63,979 nucleotides of DNA from Methylocella sp. (GCA_036560885.1 DATBQJ010000146.1:1-63979), one strand, 5' to 3'; positions 50,810-62,691 are shown, numbered from the stretch's first letter. The notes: generated from the sequence alone by a model not told the origin. Program-made: numbers and translations.

Positions 50810-52369
50810 CTAGCGTGCCCGGTAGCCCGGTCTGGCGCCCACGGTCTCCTGGCCCTCTGCCATGCGGGGCAGGTTGAGGCTGATCCCGGCATACATCCAC
50901 AGCAATTCGAGAACCTGGTACTCCAGGACGGGATCCATCAAGCCGTTCACCGCCACGCCGCAAAACACCACCACGAGAACGTTTGCGAAAAACCTGATCT
51001 CCGGATCGGGCGAGCGGCGCGATTCCCGCCAGGCCAGCAACGCCGCCTTGAAGAAGAATGCTACGAATAATAGCACACCGAAGACGCCAATCTCCGATGT
51101 TAAGCTGAGATAGAAGTTGTGAGTCGGCTCCAAATAAAACTGGGTGTCCGGATCGTACGGGTTGTATGTGACGTTGGCATACTTTGGCTTCTGTCCGGTG
51201 CCGTTGTTCAATCCCACCCCGAGAAACGGATGGTCGAGGATCATTTTCGCGGTCGCTTCGTACTGAAGAAAACGCACGGACACCGAATCTTCGCGAACCG
51301 TGAATTGCTCATAGAGCTTGGGAGTCGCCGCCGCCAGTCCGGCCAGACCGAGCATCACGATCAGGATCACTTCCTCGCGCTTCAACAGGCGGTCCCGCAC
51401 CATGATCAAAAACGCGAGTACGCACTGAACGGCTATCGTAATATAGGCGACCCTGGTAAACGTGAGCACAATGCCCAGCAGCCCGAAGGCCGTGAGAGCC
51501 GTAAACACGAGTCGCATACCGAACATGGTGTTCCGAGCACAAAGAAACAGCGCAAATGGAAGCACCATCAAGCACAAATGTGCCGTCGAACCTGGCGATG
51601 CCAAGGTCCCGTAGGCCCGCACCACGGACCCTTCATCGGAGCGGTCTACGGATAAATAGTCCTTGATCTGGTCCGTATCTTGAAAGGATTCGCCGAATGT
51701 GAGGGGCGTTAAATACCCTGTCTCGAACCGCGCCACGGTCACTCCCGCCTGGGCCACCAGGATTATCACCCCAACGATAGCAAACACCCGGATGGCGCTC
51801 TTCGAATCCAGGCAGTTGACTGCGTATAGATAGACAATGAAGTACTTGAACTGCTGCGATAATTCGACAATGCCGAGATACGGAGACGCGGCCCCCACTA
51901 AGGACAATACGGCTACGCCGAAATATCCCACGGCCAGCCAGGTGACAGGTGGAAAGCGCATCGGCTTCCCATGGAACATGCAGTCGTTGGCCCAGATGGC
52001 GAGAAGAACCAGAAGCACCAAATCGGACACAGTAATCTGAAACGTAAAATTCTGAATTTCGTAGTCAATCTTCAACTTGTCGATCACCGCAAGACCATCG
52101 TTCAGGTTCTTGCTGATCATGAATTGCATGGACAACAGAAAAATAGCGAACCAATACAGCCGGAAATTTTTGACAAACGCCGTCGACAGCACCAACGCCA
52201 AACCCAGCGGCAGCAAGCTCACGTAAGCCGTCTTTGTGACGTACAATGCAAGCGCGATGAATGTGCCGATGCCGCCCCCAAGGCAGAGCACGAGCAGGAA
52301 CTGGCGCGAAAGAACCCGGTTCCCGGCCGGGGTCCGCAGCGGACCAAGCGTGGGCGGCAAAATAGTCAT
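50810..52369 (-). CDS. O-antigen ligase/Wzy_C family protein
   Basis: Many TM segments; LTFTR, HPFLGVG, HNFYL...E.GVFG. Confidence 0.82.
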   Translation of the reverse strand: MTILPPTLGPLRTPAGNRVLSRQFLLVLCLGGGIGTFIALALYVTKTAYVSLLPLGLALVLSTAFVKNFRLYWFAIFLLSMQFMISKNLNDGLAVIDKLKIDYEIQNFTFQITVSDLVLLVLLAIWANDCMFHGKPMRFPPVTWLAVGYFGVAVLSLVGAASPYLGIVELSQQFKYFIVYLYAVNCLDSKSAIRVFAIVGVIILVAQAGVTVARFETGYLTPLTFGESFQDTDQIKDYLSVDRSDEGSVVRAYGTLASPGSTAHLCLMVLPFALFLCARNTMFGMRLVFTALTAFGLLGIVLTFTRVAYITIAVQCVLAFLIMVRDRLLKREEVILIVMLGLAGLAAATPKLYEQFTVREDSVSVRFLQYEATAKMILDHPFLGVGLNNGTGQKPKYANVTYNPYDPDTQFYLEPTHNFYLSLTSEIGVFGVLLFVAFFFKAALLAWRESRRSPDPEIRFFANVLVVVFCGVAVNGLMDPVLEYQVLELLWMYAGISLNLPRMAEGQETVGARPGYRAR

Positions 52370-52844
52370 TGGCGGCCCGCGAGCACGTGTCTGATCATGG
52401 GACGGACGCCGACGGTTCCCCTGCAAGCGAGCGGTCTGCCGCAGCTTGCCAAGGAAGTCTGTTTGCGGCCCGGTCCCCAGCAAGGAGATGTGGGTAGAGG
52501 CGGGACCGACGGCACGGAAACCGGCCAATCGTACTCCCGGCGTGTGGGAGGGGATGAAATTTCAACGAACGGAGGGCCAAGCAACTGCGCCGCCCCGTCG
52601 AGGTCCTGGATGGAGGCGGGATAAGCTTGCGGCACGAGCGGCACCCCATCGGCGCCGGCCATAACGTGGCGCTTGCGCCCGTGTACCTTTATGAAGGAGG
52701 CCCCATAGTGAGGCCGCTCCCATCTGTTTGACGTCCCGGGCCGCAACAATGAAACCTGCACCTTAGTTACGCCCCATTTTGTTGTAGCGCTGCGAGGCGA
52801 GCGGAAGCTCGCAGTTCGCCCGATCATCCGAAGTTGAAACAGTT

Positions 52845-53993
52845 GTGACGATAACAACCCCGGGCGCCCTTTCCAACACCAATCTTCCCGGCGTCAATTT
52901 CTATAGTCCAATTGGAGTTGTCAGCGGCCTCGGCTCTGCGGGCCGCGGATATCTGGCTGCACTGCGGGCCGCCGCGGTTCCTGTATCGATTGTACCAGTT
53001 CACGAACTGTTCGTCCATCAGCCGAGCGTGCGGAGCGCCGAGCGCCCGCAACGGCCCAGTTACCCAATCGCGCTCGTCCACATCAACGCCGATGCTGTTC
53101 ATCGCTTCCTGCATTTTCATGCACGAACCTTTGTGCGCGCGCACTACAAGATAGGGATATGGGTGTGGGAGATGCCCGCGCTGCGCGACGAGTGGTGGAG
53201 CGAGCTTCGTCACTTCGACGAAATCTGGGTTCCGTCGGCCTTTTGTCAACGGGCGGTTCAGGCAGTGACCGCAAAACCAGTGATCGTAGTGCCACATGTC
53301 GTGTCGCCGAGCGAGGCGCCGCAGCCAGGATGCCGCGAAAAGCTGCAAATCGGCGATGACGAATTCGTGTTTCTTTATGTGTTCGACGCTTCGAGCAGCG
53401 TCGCGCGGAAGAATCCGCATTGCCTCGTGGATGCTTTCGAAGCCGCTTTCCCGGATCAAGACCGGGTCCGGCTGGTGCTCAAGGTATCGAACGCGCACGA
53501 AGACCCCGAGTTTTCCGAATATTTGGAGGCCCTGGCCAGGCGCGAACCCCGCTGCGTGGTGTTGCGCCAAATGATGCGACCACACGAGATCGTGGGGCTG
53601 ATCCACGCCTGCGATTGCTATGTTTCGCCGCATCGCACGGAGGGCTTCGGGCTGACCGTGGCCGAGGCGATGGCCCTCGGTGTGCCCGTGATTGCGACGG
53701 ACTACGGCGGGACGGCCGACTTTGTGACGGAAGAGACTGGATTTCCTCTTCGCTATCGTTTGGTGGAAGTCGATTCGGACCACGGTCCTTATGCAAAGGG
53801 GGCAATATGGCCGGATCCGTCACGCGAACACTTGCAGGAATTGCTGCGCTACATGGTCTCAAATCCAGGCGAGGCGGCAGCAAGAGGGCGCCGCGCGCGC
53901 GCGTGCATGATCGAGGGCTATTCGGCACCAGCGGTGGGACGGCGCATTGGCGAACGGCTCGCAGCGATCCCAGCGGGGTCGCATGCCAGTTGA
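52845..53993 (+). CDS. Glycosyltransferase family 4
   Basis: RKNP; YVSPHRTEGFGLTVAEAMALGVPVIATDYGG. Confidence 0.9.
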   Translation: MTITTPGALSNTNLPGVNFYSPIGVVSGLGSAGRGYLAALRAAAVPVSIVPVHELFVHQPSVRSAERPQRPSYPIALVHINADAVHRFLHFHARTFVRAHYKIGIWVWEMPALRDEWWSELRHFDEIWVPSAFCQRAVQAVTAKPVIVVPHVVSPSEAPQPGCREKLQIGDDEFVFLYVFDASSSVARKNPHCLVDAFEAAFPDQDRVRLVLKVSNAHEDPEFSEYLEALARREPRCVVLRQMMRPHEIVGLIHACDCYVSPHRTEGFGLTVAEAMALGVPVIATDYGGTADFVTEETGFPLRYRLVEVDSDHGPYAKGAIWPDPSREHLQELLRYMVSNPGEAAARGRRARACMIEGYSAPAVGRRIGERLAAIPAGSHAS

Positions 53994-54705
53994 AGAACGA
54001 AGTTTGAACGGCCCCTCACCGCTTCGCCGCTTCGTCGCGGTTACCCGCGACTTTGGATTGGCCGTCGCGACGCGAGTGGCGTACTCCAAGGTCCGGGGCA
54101 AGCTGTGCCCCGCCTTGGCGCTGCCTGACGCGCCGATCTATAATACCAGGCGACGGGAACTGAGCCTTCTTCTAAGCACCGCCGGGCAATGCGCCGCCAC
54201 ATTGGATGCCGTGGTCGAAGTTCTCGCCGGGCGGGGCGGCTCGGACTGGGAGGTCTGCATCTGCGAGCGGTCTCCGGTGGCGCCGGATATGGTGGGCACG
54301 CTCGCGTGCATCCGTGGAACGCAGCCGTGGATTCGGATCGTGAGGAGTGATACGTCTGTCGATGATGCGACTGCCGCTCGATGGACGGTCGAGCAGGCCA
54401 CGGGGCAGTTTGTCGCGCTCGTGGCACCGGGACACACGCCCGATGCCGGCGCAATCACCAGGCTCCTCGCCCAATTGCATAATGATACCGGAGTTGATGC
54501 CGCCGTGCTGATTGGAACGGAAGGGGCTCCGAATTCGCCGGCCCGGTGGGCCGGGTGCCGCCTGGTGTTGCAGCGGAAATCCGGATATTTGGCGGCCTTC
54601 CCAGAGCGCTGGCCACTCACCGCGACGGCGCTCGCCAAATATTTGGACGAGGCGGGCGTACCCACCGTGTACATCACGGAACAGAAGAGTGAAGCGCCGG
54701 ATTGA
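53983..54705 (+). CDS. Degenerate GT2-like protein
   Basis: DWEVCIC...IRIV...ATGQFVALV resembles a GT-A N-terminus but lacks DxD; overlaps the upstream GT4 stop. Confidence 0.55.
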   Translation: MPVEERSLNGPSPLRRFVAVTRDFGLAVATRVAYSKVRGKLCPALALPDAPIYNTRRRELSLLLSTAGQCAATLDAVVEVLAGRGGSDWEVCICERSPVAPDMVGTLACIRGTQPWIRIVRSDTSVDDATAARWTVEQATGQFVALVAPGHTPDAGAITRLLAQLHNDTGVDAAVLIGTEGAPNSPARWAGCRLVLQRKSGYLAAFPERWPLTATALAKYLDEAGVPTVYITEQKSEAPD

Positions 54706-54822
54706 ACCTGCGCGAACCATCACGGCATTAAGGGACGGTGCGGGCTGGCCGTTACGGTATCAAGTTTTTTTCCAGCCGGGCATCCGGTTACCTGCCGACG
54801 AGGGGAATTACGGTTGCCGGAG

Positions 54823-56250
54823 TCAATCCCGGCTGGATGGGAAACTCATCATGTCCTTGATCACCGCGGGAGAGAAGCAGGACGAGAGTCTCAGCAATGC
54901 CGCTGTTACCGCCGCATAGAGCAACATCAGCCACACCGGATGCACCGCATCGCGCAGCGCGTAGCAGACCGATCCTACCCCGATGCTGATCAATGCCGGT
55001 TTCAAGGCAAGACGGAACCAGTTCACCGGCGTCAATTTCCGCGCAATCAAGCGATAGCGCAGAGTCGCCGACGTGGCGACGCCGCCGACCCGCCCGAACG
55101 CGGCCCCAATCGGTCCGAATGCTGGCAGCAGGACCAGATTCAGCACGATGTTGGTCAGGGGATTGAAGGCCAAACGGTGGACGTCCTCACGCTGTCTGTG
55201 TGCCGCCTGCAGGATTACGCTCATCTCGGTGTCGACTGATTCGATCGCCAAATAGATCATCAAAATCCTGAGGATCCAGAGCGCGCTCCCGAAGCCCGTT
55301 CCAAACAGAATCTCCAGAATCGGCCCGGCGAACACCCAGACCCCGACGCACGCCGGGACGACGAACGCAAACAGGACTTGATACCAGGCGCCAAAGCGAT
55401 TGGGATCGCGGTCGCCTTGCTTGTTGAAGCTGTAGGCGATCCGGGTCATCAGGAGTTGGGCAAACAGATTGGGGACGATCAGACCGATTTCCATGATCTT
55501 CGTTGCCGCGGCATAGTAGCCGACCGCCGCGATATCTACCCATCCGGACACCATGATCGTGTTGATGCGCATTGTGAGCATGCCGAGCATGCTGCCGATG
55601 CCAAAGGTGAAAACGGTCCTCGCCGTTCGCACCAGGAGGCCGGGGTCGAACGGCGCGCGCACCGGGAGTACCCGGCGGTACAAAAGAGTCACAGCGATGG
55701 ACGCAGACGCGACCTTGCCGGCGACAAGTGTTATCATCAGTGCAGTTGCGCCGTACCCCGACACGAGCAGGAAGAGGCTGACGCACATCACGATCGTGAC
55801 CTCAGCCAGCAGCGCCAGGAATGTAAAATGCATCTTGCGCAGGGCAAGGAACACCGAACGGCAGGCGGTGTTGAGGAAGGCTGGAATTAATGCCAGGCTG
55901 GCGATGCTGATGACCTGAACGAGGTCTGTCGAGTACCCCATCAGCCGGACCGCTGCCAGCATGAGAGCGATGGCCACGATCCCGCTTCCAAGTCCCAGCA
56001 ACATCGCATGAACCACTTGTCCCGCGGCTTCCCGGCCGTGCCCTCCGACTTCGCGCATGAGGAACTCGGGAATCCCGAAGCTGCTCATACCCTGAAACAG
56101 CATCAGCCATGAGAAGGCGAGCGCATAGGTGCCGAGCAACTCCGGGCCGGACACGCGCGAGATGATGATGAAGAGGACCCCGCTGGAAACCAACGACAAA
56201 GCTACTTCGCCGAGAGTGAATGCCAGCTGGAACCAAGGTTTATGGACCAT
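54823..56250 (-). CDS. Wzx-type flippase
   Basis: GPELLGTYALA, VGYYAAA, NIVLNLVLLPAFGPIGAA; many TM segments. Confidence 0.88.
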   Translation of the reverse strand: MVHKPWFQLAFTLGEVALSLVSSGVLFIIISRVSGPELLGTYALAFSWLMLFQGMSSFGIPEFLMREVGGHGREAAGQVVHAMLLGLGSGIVAIALMLAAVRLMGYSTDLVQVISIASLALIPAFLNTACRSVFLALRKMHFTFLALLAEVTIVMCVSLFLLVSGYGATALMITLVAGKVASASIAVTLLYRRVLPVRAPFDPGLLVRTARTVFTFGIGSMLGMLTMRINTIMVSGWVDIAAVGYYAAATKIMEIGLIVPNLFAQLLMTRIAYSFNKQGDRDPNRFGAWYQVLFAFVVPACVGVWVFAGPILEILFGTGFGSALWILRILMIYLAIESVDTEMSVILQAAHRQREDVHRLAFNPLTNIVLNLVLLPAFGPIGAAFGRVGGVATSATLRYRLIARKLTPVNWFRLALKPALISIGVGSVCYALRDAVHPVWLMLLYAAVTAALLRLSSCFSPAVIKDMMSFPSSRD

Positions 56251-56744
56251 CGAAAACTCGCCATTCTGGGAACTGCTCCCGTTAAGCCGCGCACGGCCCA
56301 GGCGTAGCAAGCAAGCGAGGTACATCGCGGCCGATTGATGGCCAGGCCCTCGTGGGCGAAACATTATGCGCCGGGGTCGCCTGCTGCTGCCGTGCCGCCA
56401 TGTTTTGCCCGCATAGGCGGAATCGCCCTGTGGAAGGTTTGGGCTGGCGGCGTCTCGTCAAGCCAGCGCCGCGGCAAAACTTCCGGCAGGTTGTGGCCGC
56501 TCGGCGCGCCGGTTGTGTCCCAAACGGTCCCACTTTTTATCGCGGCGCGAGATTGAACATGGAGGTCAAAGTAGTCGCACATCTTCGATGTGCGATTGGT
56601 GCCCTCGATTTGGACCATAAGGGATTGGAGCCGGATAGCGTCGCCTCGCCTTGGCTGGGTCCGCTGCGGCGTCCGATATCGGGAAAAGCACGAATGTCAG
56701 GAACAAAATGGACCGCGCGCGAAGCCTTCGTATCGCGGTCCTCC

Positions 56745-57878
56745 TCATTCGGCGGCGAGACTGGCGCAGACCGCGAGCGTCGCTTCGGCCGCGCCGCGCC
56801 ATGAGTACTGCTTCACCCGCTCGAGGCCCCTCGCGACCAGCGTCTCGCGCAAGGCTGTGCCGGTGAGGATCCGCTCCATGCTGCGGCTCATGTCGTCCAC
56901 ATCGTACGGATCGAATGTGTCGGCGGCATCGCCCGCGATCTCGGGCAAGGTGGTATTGTTGGCCACCGTTACAGGCACTCCGGCTACCATCGCTTCATGA
57001 ACCTGCAGGCCCCATCCTTCGTAGAATGAAGGATAGACGAAGAGATCTGCCCCTTGGTAGAGCGCCAGCACATCGCCGGACGGTACATAGCCGAGAACCT
57101 TGATGTCATGCGCGAATTGACTGCTCTCTACGCGGCGGTGGAATTCCGGATACGGCCACAGGCTCCGCCCGCCAATGACAAGCTGATGCGGCAGCCCGCT
57201 GCGGGCCTTCAACCGTCCAAAAGCCTCGACCAGACCCTCAAGGTTTTTCCGGGGGTGGATATCATTTAAGGAGAGAATGTACTGCGGCCCGATCCCGTAC
57301 CTTGTGCGTACATCCGAGATCTTAGCCGCGGATAGACGTTCGGTGAATTCCGTGCGGACGCCGTGCGGCACTACGACAATTTTCTCGGCGGGGACGTGCA
57401 GAATGCGCATGATCTCGCGCCGGGAGAATTCCGTCGTGGTGACGATCCGGCCGGCCCGCTTAACCGAGCTACGTGTTGCGAGCGTCCTGGGTAAAGCGAT
57501 ATGCGGCGGCAACCAGCCCGGATTTGCCAGCCAGAAGACGTCGGCAAGCAACAGAACCGTCTTGCAGGGCGCGTAGGCAGGGACGGTGGAAAATGAGAGA
57601 AGGACATCGACTGGATGCCGTTCCAGCGCGATCGGATAGGCGATCAAATTGCGCAAGAACGAGCTTCTCGCGTAGCGAGGTAGCGTGACGACTTGACAAT
57701 TGGGCCGGGGATCGATGCCAAGGTCGCCGTCGAGGGCGTACACCTTGAACCGCTCCTGCGGCCAGCACTCCAGCATCTCTTGCAGGAGATACCTGGCATG
57801 AACGCCATGGCCGGAGCGGGATCCAAAGCTGCTGCCCTGCCACAGAAACTTGCCATCGTAGCCAATGGTCAGGGCCAT
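56745..57878 (-). CDS. Glycosyltransferase family 4
   Basis: PRKNL; FVYPSFYEGWGLQVHEAM. Confidence 0.92.
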   Translation of the reverse strand: MALTIGYDGKFLWQGSSFGSRSGHGVHARYLLQEMLECWPQERFKVYALDGDLGIDPRPNCQVVTLPRYARSSFLRNLIAYPIALERHPVDVLLSFSTVPAYAPCKTVLLLADVFWLANPGWLPPHIALPRTLATRSSVKRAGRIVTTTEFSRREIMRILHVPAEKIVVVPHGVRTEFTERLSAAKISDVRTRYGIGPQYILSLNDIHPRKNLEGLVEAFGRLKARSGLPHQLVIGGRSLWPYPEFHRRVESSQFAHDIKVLGYVPSGDVLALYQGADLFVYPSFYEGWGLQVHEAMVAGVPVTVANNTTLPEIAGDAADTFDPYDVDDMSRSMERILTGTALRETLVARGLERVKQYSWRGAAEATLAVCASLAAE

Positions 57879-58305
57879 GCCGACGCCACTTCATTCTCCG
57901 CTGCAAATTCCAGCGGCACCGGCAGGCGGTGGCGCTCCTCATCTCGACAGTCATGAATGATCGTCGTGCCGTCTCCGGCAGTCAATCCGAAGTGGGCTAG
58001 GCTGGCCCGGGAGCCACGCCTTGCGCAGGCTGCCGCCCTCGCTCGCCATTGACGATGATGTCGGGATAACCTAGAAACTGGCGAGCGGCAAGTCATTTGA
58101 GTGAATGGGCTTTCGTTAGTTAAGGTATTAGGTCTTGGTTCTTTGACGCTTCCATCAGTGGCTTTGCGAATGCACTCCGGGGTTTGAAACGCGGGCTGCT
58201 GCCATCGCATTGCCGTTAGTGAAAGCGGCCTTTAAGTCCCTCGGGGAATTGCGCGGGGCTAATATATCATGACCTACCCGCAGCAATTTTGTGAAAATTT
58301 TTGAC

Positions 58306-59301
58306 ATGGCCGAAGATCTCACGGTCCTCATTGCCAACCTTGGTCAGCTGGACAACCTCCGTTCGTGCCTCAGGTCTCTCTTCGATACAGTTAACGAAAC
58401 CTCGTTGCGGGTGATCGTCGGATTCAATTTCCAGGGTGAGAGCGATACCCCGCGCGCGCTCGCAGACAGTTTTCCTCAGGTGGAGCAATTAAGGGCGCCG
58501 GGGAAACTCGGATATTGCCGCGCCTACAATCAACTAATGGCGCGGAGCACCGGCCGCTACGTCCTTCTGCTGGACGACGACACCATCCTCCGGGCCGGCA
58601 CCATCGACGGGATGGTACGTTTCATGGACGCGCATCCCGAAGTTGGGATCGCCGGATGCCGAACCACCAACCCCGATCGAAGTTATCAGAAGACCACGGG
58701 CTTGATGTTCAGCATGGGAACGGAAATTATCAACGTTGTGCGCCCGGCCGCTTTCTTGAACGACGGCATCGATGACTCTGTCACTACCTGGAAAGAGGCC
58801 GGCTGGTTGAACGGCCATTTTCTCATGGTGCGGGCACAGGTGATTGAAAAGGTGGGTGTGCTCGACGAGTATTTCTACACGTTTTTATGCGAAGCTGATT
58901 GGTGTCTGCGCATTTACCGTGCGGGCTGGAAGGTCGCTTACGTTCCAGACGTCGAGGTTATGCACATCGGCGGGGCGCACAGCGTGGCATCGAAAGTGAA
59001 GAGCCATAATAATCTCATCAGGGGCCACATCAACCGTTACTACTTTATGCGCAAGCACTATGGCAACGCCGCCGTTCAAATGTTTCGTCTCATCATGAGT
59101 GCAGGCGCCATGCTGCGTCTGGTGAACTACGCTGCCTTATGGCTCGTCAGCCCAAAACGTCGGCCGGAAGCAGGGCCCAAGGTCAATGCCTTTTGGACGA
59201 TCATGTTGCGGGGCGCCGCGGCTCACCCCGAGGACCTGACAGAGGAACTACGGCGCGAGAATGCAGATTTTGGCTCATTCCGGCCAAGTCTTCCGGGGTG
59301 A
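58306..59301 (+). CDS. Glycosyltransferase family 2
   Basis: GRYVLLLDDD; LDEYFY...EADWCLR...GWKV.YVP...H. Confidence 0.92.
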   Translation: MAEDLTVLIANLGQLDNLRSCLRSLFDTVNETSLRVIVGFNFQGESDTPRALADSFPQVEQLRAPGKLGYCRAYNQLMARSTGRYVLLLDDDTILRAGTIDGMVRFMDAHPEVGIAGCRTTNPDRSYQKTTGLMFSMGTEIINVVRPAAFLNDGIDDSVTTWKEAGWLNGHFLMVRAQVIEKVGVLDEYFYTFLCEADWCLRIYRAGWKVAYVPDVEVMHIGGAHSVASKVKSHNNLIRGHINRYYFMRKHYGNAAVQMFRLIMSAGAMLRLVNYAALWLVSPKRRPEAGPKVNAFWTIMLRGAAAHPEDLTEELRRENADFGSFRPSLPG

Positions 59302-59372
59302 AGCCAGTAGGGGTTTCCGCCTACCTCGCCGCCGCGTCTGCGTACGTACATTTGCCCGAATACTGATCCCAC

Positions 59373-59391
59373 AAACATTTTGGTGCGATTG
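59373..59391. repeat. Half-copy of the parS-core palindromic repeat
   Basis: AAACATTTTGGTGCGATTG is 19/19 identical to 1887-1905. Confidence 0.7.
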
Positions 59392-59404
59392 AGCCAATAC
59401 GCAT

Positions 59405-60676
<1,272 letters not shown>

Positions 60677-60832
60677 TTAGGTTTGAAGTTGCCGGAAGGC
60701 AACCGGAAAGACCGCTCAAGGAACTTGGAGATCCGCGCTTCGGCATGCCGGTACGGTGGGTTCGGATTTACGCTGCGTTAACACTGAAATTACTTTAGCG
60801 GTGCAGTGGGCACGGAAACTAACTATCAGCCG

Positions 60833-60858
60833 GGAACCTTGCACGGGCTAGTTGCGTT
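60833..60858 (+). promoter_or_regulatory. Predicted EcfG (general stress response) promoter
   Basis: Exact GGAAC-N17-CGTT match about 60 nt upstream of the ORF at 60921. Confidence 0.6.
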
Positions 60859-60920
60859 CACGCCGAAATCCAGGAAATTTCTACGTGTCCTGACTTTGCC
60901 GCCGAATGGAAGGTTGCGCT

Positions 60921-61160
60921 ATGTCAATCGCGGATAATTTCGACCACAAGTCCGATGCCGGTTTCGTCCGCGCCTATGACGCGCGCGCCGCCCGGCGGCA
61001 ATTTCAGGTTTCGAGCATGCTCGTTCTCGTGCTATTGCTGTCTGCCATTGCGCTGGGAATATTGGCGCAGCTCGGTCCCCAGACCGTGACCGGACGGTCT
61101 GCGGCGGTCAAAACGGGCGGCCATCATATCGCGGAAACGTTACTGGACATTCGCCGCTGA
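60921..61160 (+). CDS. Small hypothetical membrane protein
   Basis: One TM segment; GGAAGG upstream; terminator downstream. Confidence 0.65.
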   Translation: MSIADNFDHKSDAGFVRAYDARAARRQFQVSSMLVLVLLLSAIALGILAQLGPQTVTGRSAAVKTGGHHIAETLLDIRR

Positions 61161-61214
61161 CTTGACAGAATTGCAGGCAATCTCCCCTTTGGTCCTCGGG
61201 GGGCCTAAAAGTAA

Positions 61215-61249
61215 GGGGCCGCGCTTTATCCGGCGCGGCCCCTGTTTTT
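61215..61249 (+). terminator. Rho-independent terminator
   Basis: GGGGCCGCGC-N8-GCGCGGCCCC followed by TGTTTTT. Confidence 0.7.
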
Positions 61250-61347
61250 GGAAGAGCCGGCGAAAAAAAATACCGCACGGCCAAATTTTCGCCGCGCCGC
61301 GAACGGTTAAGCTGAGCGCTTCTGTTCGATCCGATTCGGACCTTTTT

Positions 61348-61536
61348 ATGCACTTCAGATTGACCCCGCCGGGCATGGCTATTTTTTGTGTTTCGCTCAT
61401 TCTGGCCATTGCCGCGGTGGCGACCCTCTACACCCATGTTCCGTTCGCCGGGCATTTTATCGGCACGCATCGTTTCTGGGTGATGGCTGCGGCTTATGCG
61501 GCGCTGCTTGCGGGCGTACTTTTCGAGGGGTTGTAG
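61348..61536 (+). CDS. Small two-TM hypothetical protein
   Basis: LTPP...F.VSLILA...FW.M..AY..LL.GVLF.GL pattern. Confidence 0.65.
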   Translation: MHFRLTPPGMAIFCVSLILAIAAVATLYTHVPFAGHFIGTHRFWVMAAAYAALLAGVLFEGL

Positions 61537-61692
61537 GACCTCCGTTGCAAGCTGCGCCTTCGGGCGAGCTTCACGGCGCGCAGACGCCAACTTTTTGCCG
61601 AATAAGCACCGTCCATTACAAAACATTAAATTGCTTTTCTAATGCATCTTTGACGATACTCATTGGTCCTTCCTCAGATTCGGGATACCCCC

Positions 61693-62196
61693 ATGAAAAA
61701 GTACCTTATGATAGCGGCAACGGCGGCGTTTCTCGCTTGGCCTAACCTATCCTCCAGCGTCTTGGCCGATCCACCCGAAGCAACCGAGCATTTCGGAACG
61801 TCCCATCCACAATTTTCACCCGAGGACTTTGCTGCTTTTACAGATGCCCGAATTGCAGCACTGAAAGCGGGACTGAAGTTAACGCCAGGGCAAGAAAAAA
61901 ACTGGCCCGCTCTCGAAACGGCATTACGCGAGCAAGCGGCAGCGCGCGGGAAGCGTATGGCGGAATGGCGCGAAAGAGCCAAAGAACCGCAGGAGCATCG
62001 CAGCGTGATTGAAGGCCTTCAAGAACGTGCTAAGCGCCTCACGGCACGATCCACGGAAATGGAAAAACTTGCCGAGGCCGCAAAGCCCCTCTACGATAGT
62101 CTCGATGACGCACAACAACGCCGCTTCAGGCCACTTCTTCGCATGGCAAGCGGGAAACATTGGCGTTATGGACATGAAGGCTTTCATCACGGCTAG
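61693..62196 (+). CDS. Spy/CpxP (LTXXQ) family periplasmic chaperone
   Basis: Signal peptide; DARIAALKAGLKLTPGQE.NW; PLYDSLDDAQ. Confidence 0.85.
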   Translation: MKKYLMIAATAAFLAWPNLSSSVLADPPEATEHFGTSHPQFSPEDFAAFTDARIAALKAGLKLTPGQEKNWPALETALREQAAARGKRMAEWRERAKEPQEHRSVIEGLQERAKRLTARSTEMEKLAEAAKPLYDSLDDAQQRRFRPLLRMASGKHWRYGHEGFHHG

Positions 62197-62237
62197 GTCG
62201 TCGATGGGTTAAGACTGCGCCAAGCATAGGGATCGAT

Positions 62238-62260
62238 AAGGTGGAGACACTCTCCACCTT
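62238..62260. terminator. Perfect 10-bp hairpin downstream of the Spy-like gene
   Basis: AAGGTGGAGA-CAC-TCTCCACCTT; no strong U-tract. Confidence 0.45.
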
Positions 62261-62691
62261 CATTGTGACCGCTGGCGCAACCAAACCTTGTGCATAGTAC
62301 AGCAGATCGACGCCTGTTCATAAAATTAATCATGTCTCTTCCTCGAAAGCTGGCTGGCTCAAATTACGGCGACCCGAAGCCTATGGCGCAGTTCGTTTGA
62401 GAGCTGCCTCGTCATTCACCGGATAAAATGAGGCAGCTTTCGCAGCAAGGAAAGGTGCCACGCGATCTCGCGCCGGCGAGGCGCGCTGCCGCACGCGGTT
62501 CAGACCCAGGGCAAAAAGCGGCTCAACGCCGCTCATCGAATTCCTCCGGCGTATCGCGCCAGGAAGGCTGCGGGAACGCGCAACGCCGGCAAAATCCGCG
62601 CTTTTTTTCAAAAGGACACGCTGAAATACGCCACCTGAAATGCTAATTACCGATGGAACGATGAATATTTCAGGAACGCGGAGGTAGGATC

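Noticed and set aside
56364-56618. 84-aa ORF between the flippase and GT4
   Set aside because: No motif or RBS support; treated as intergenic.
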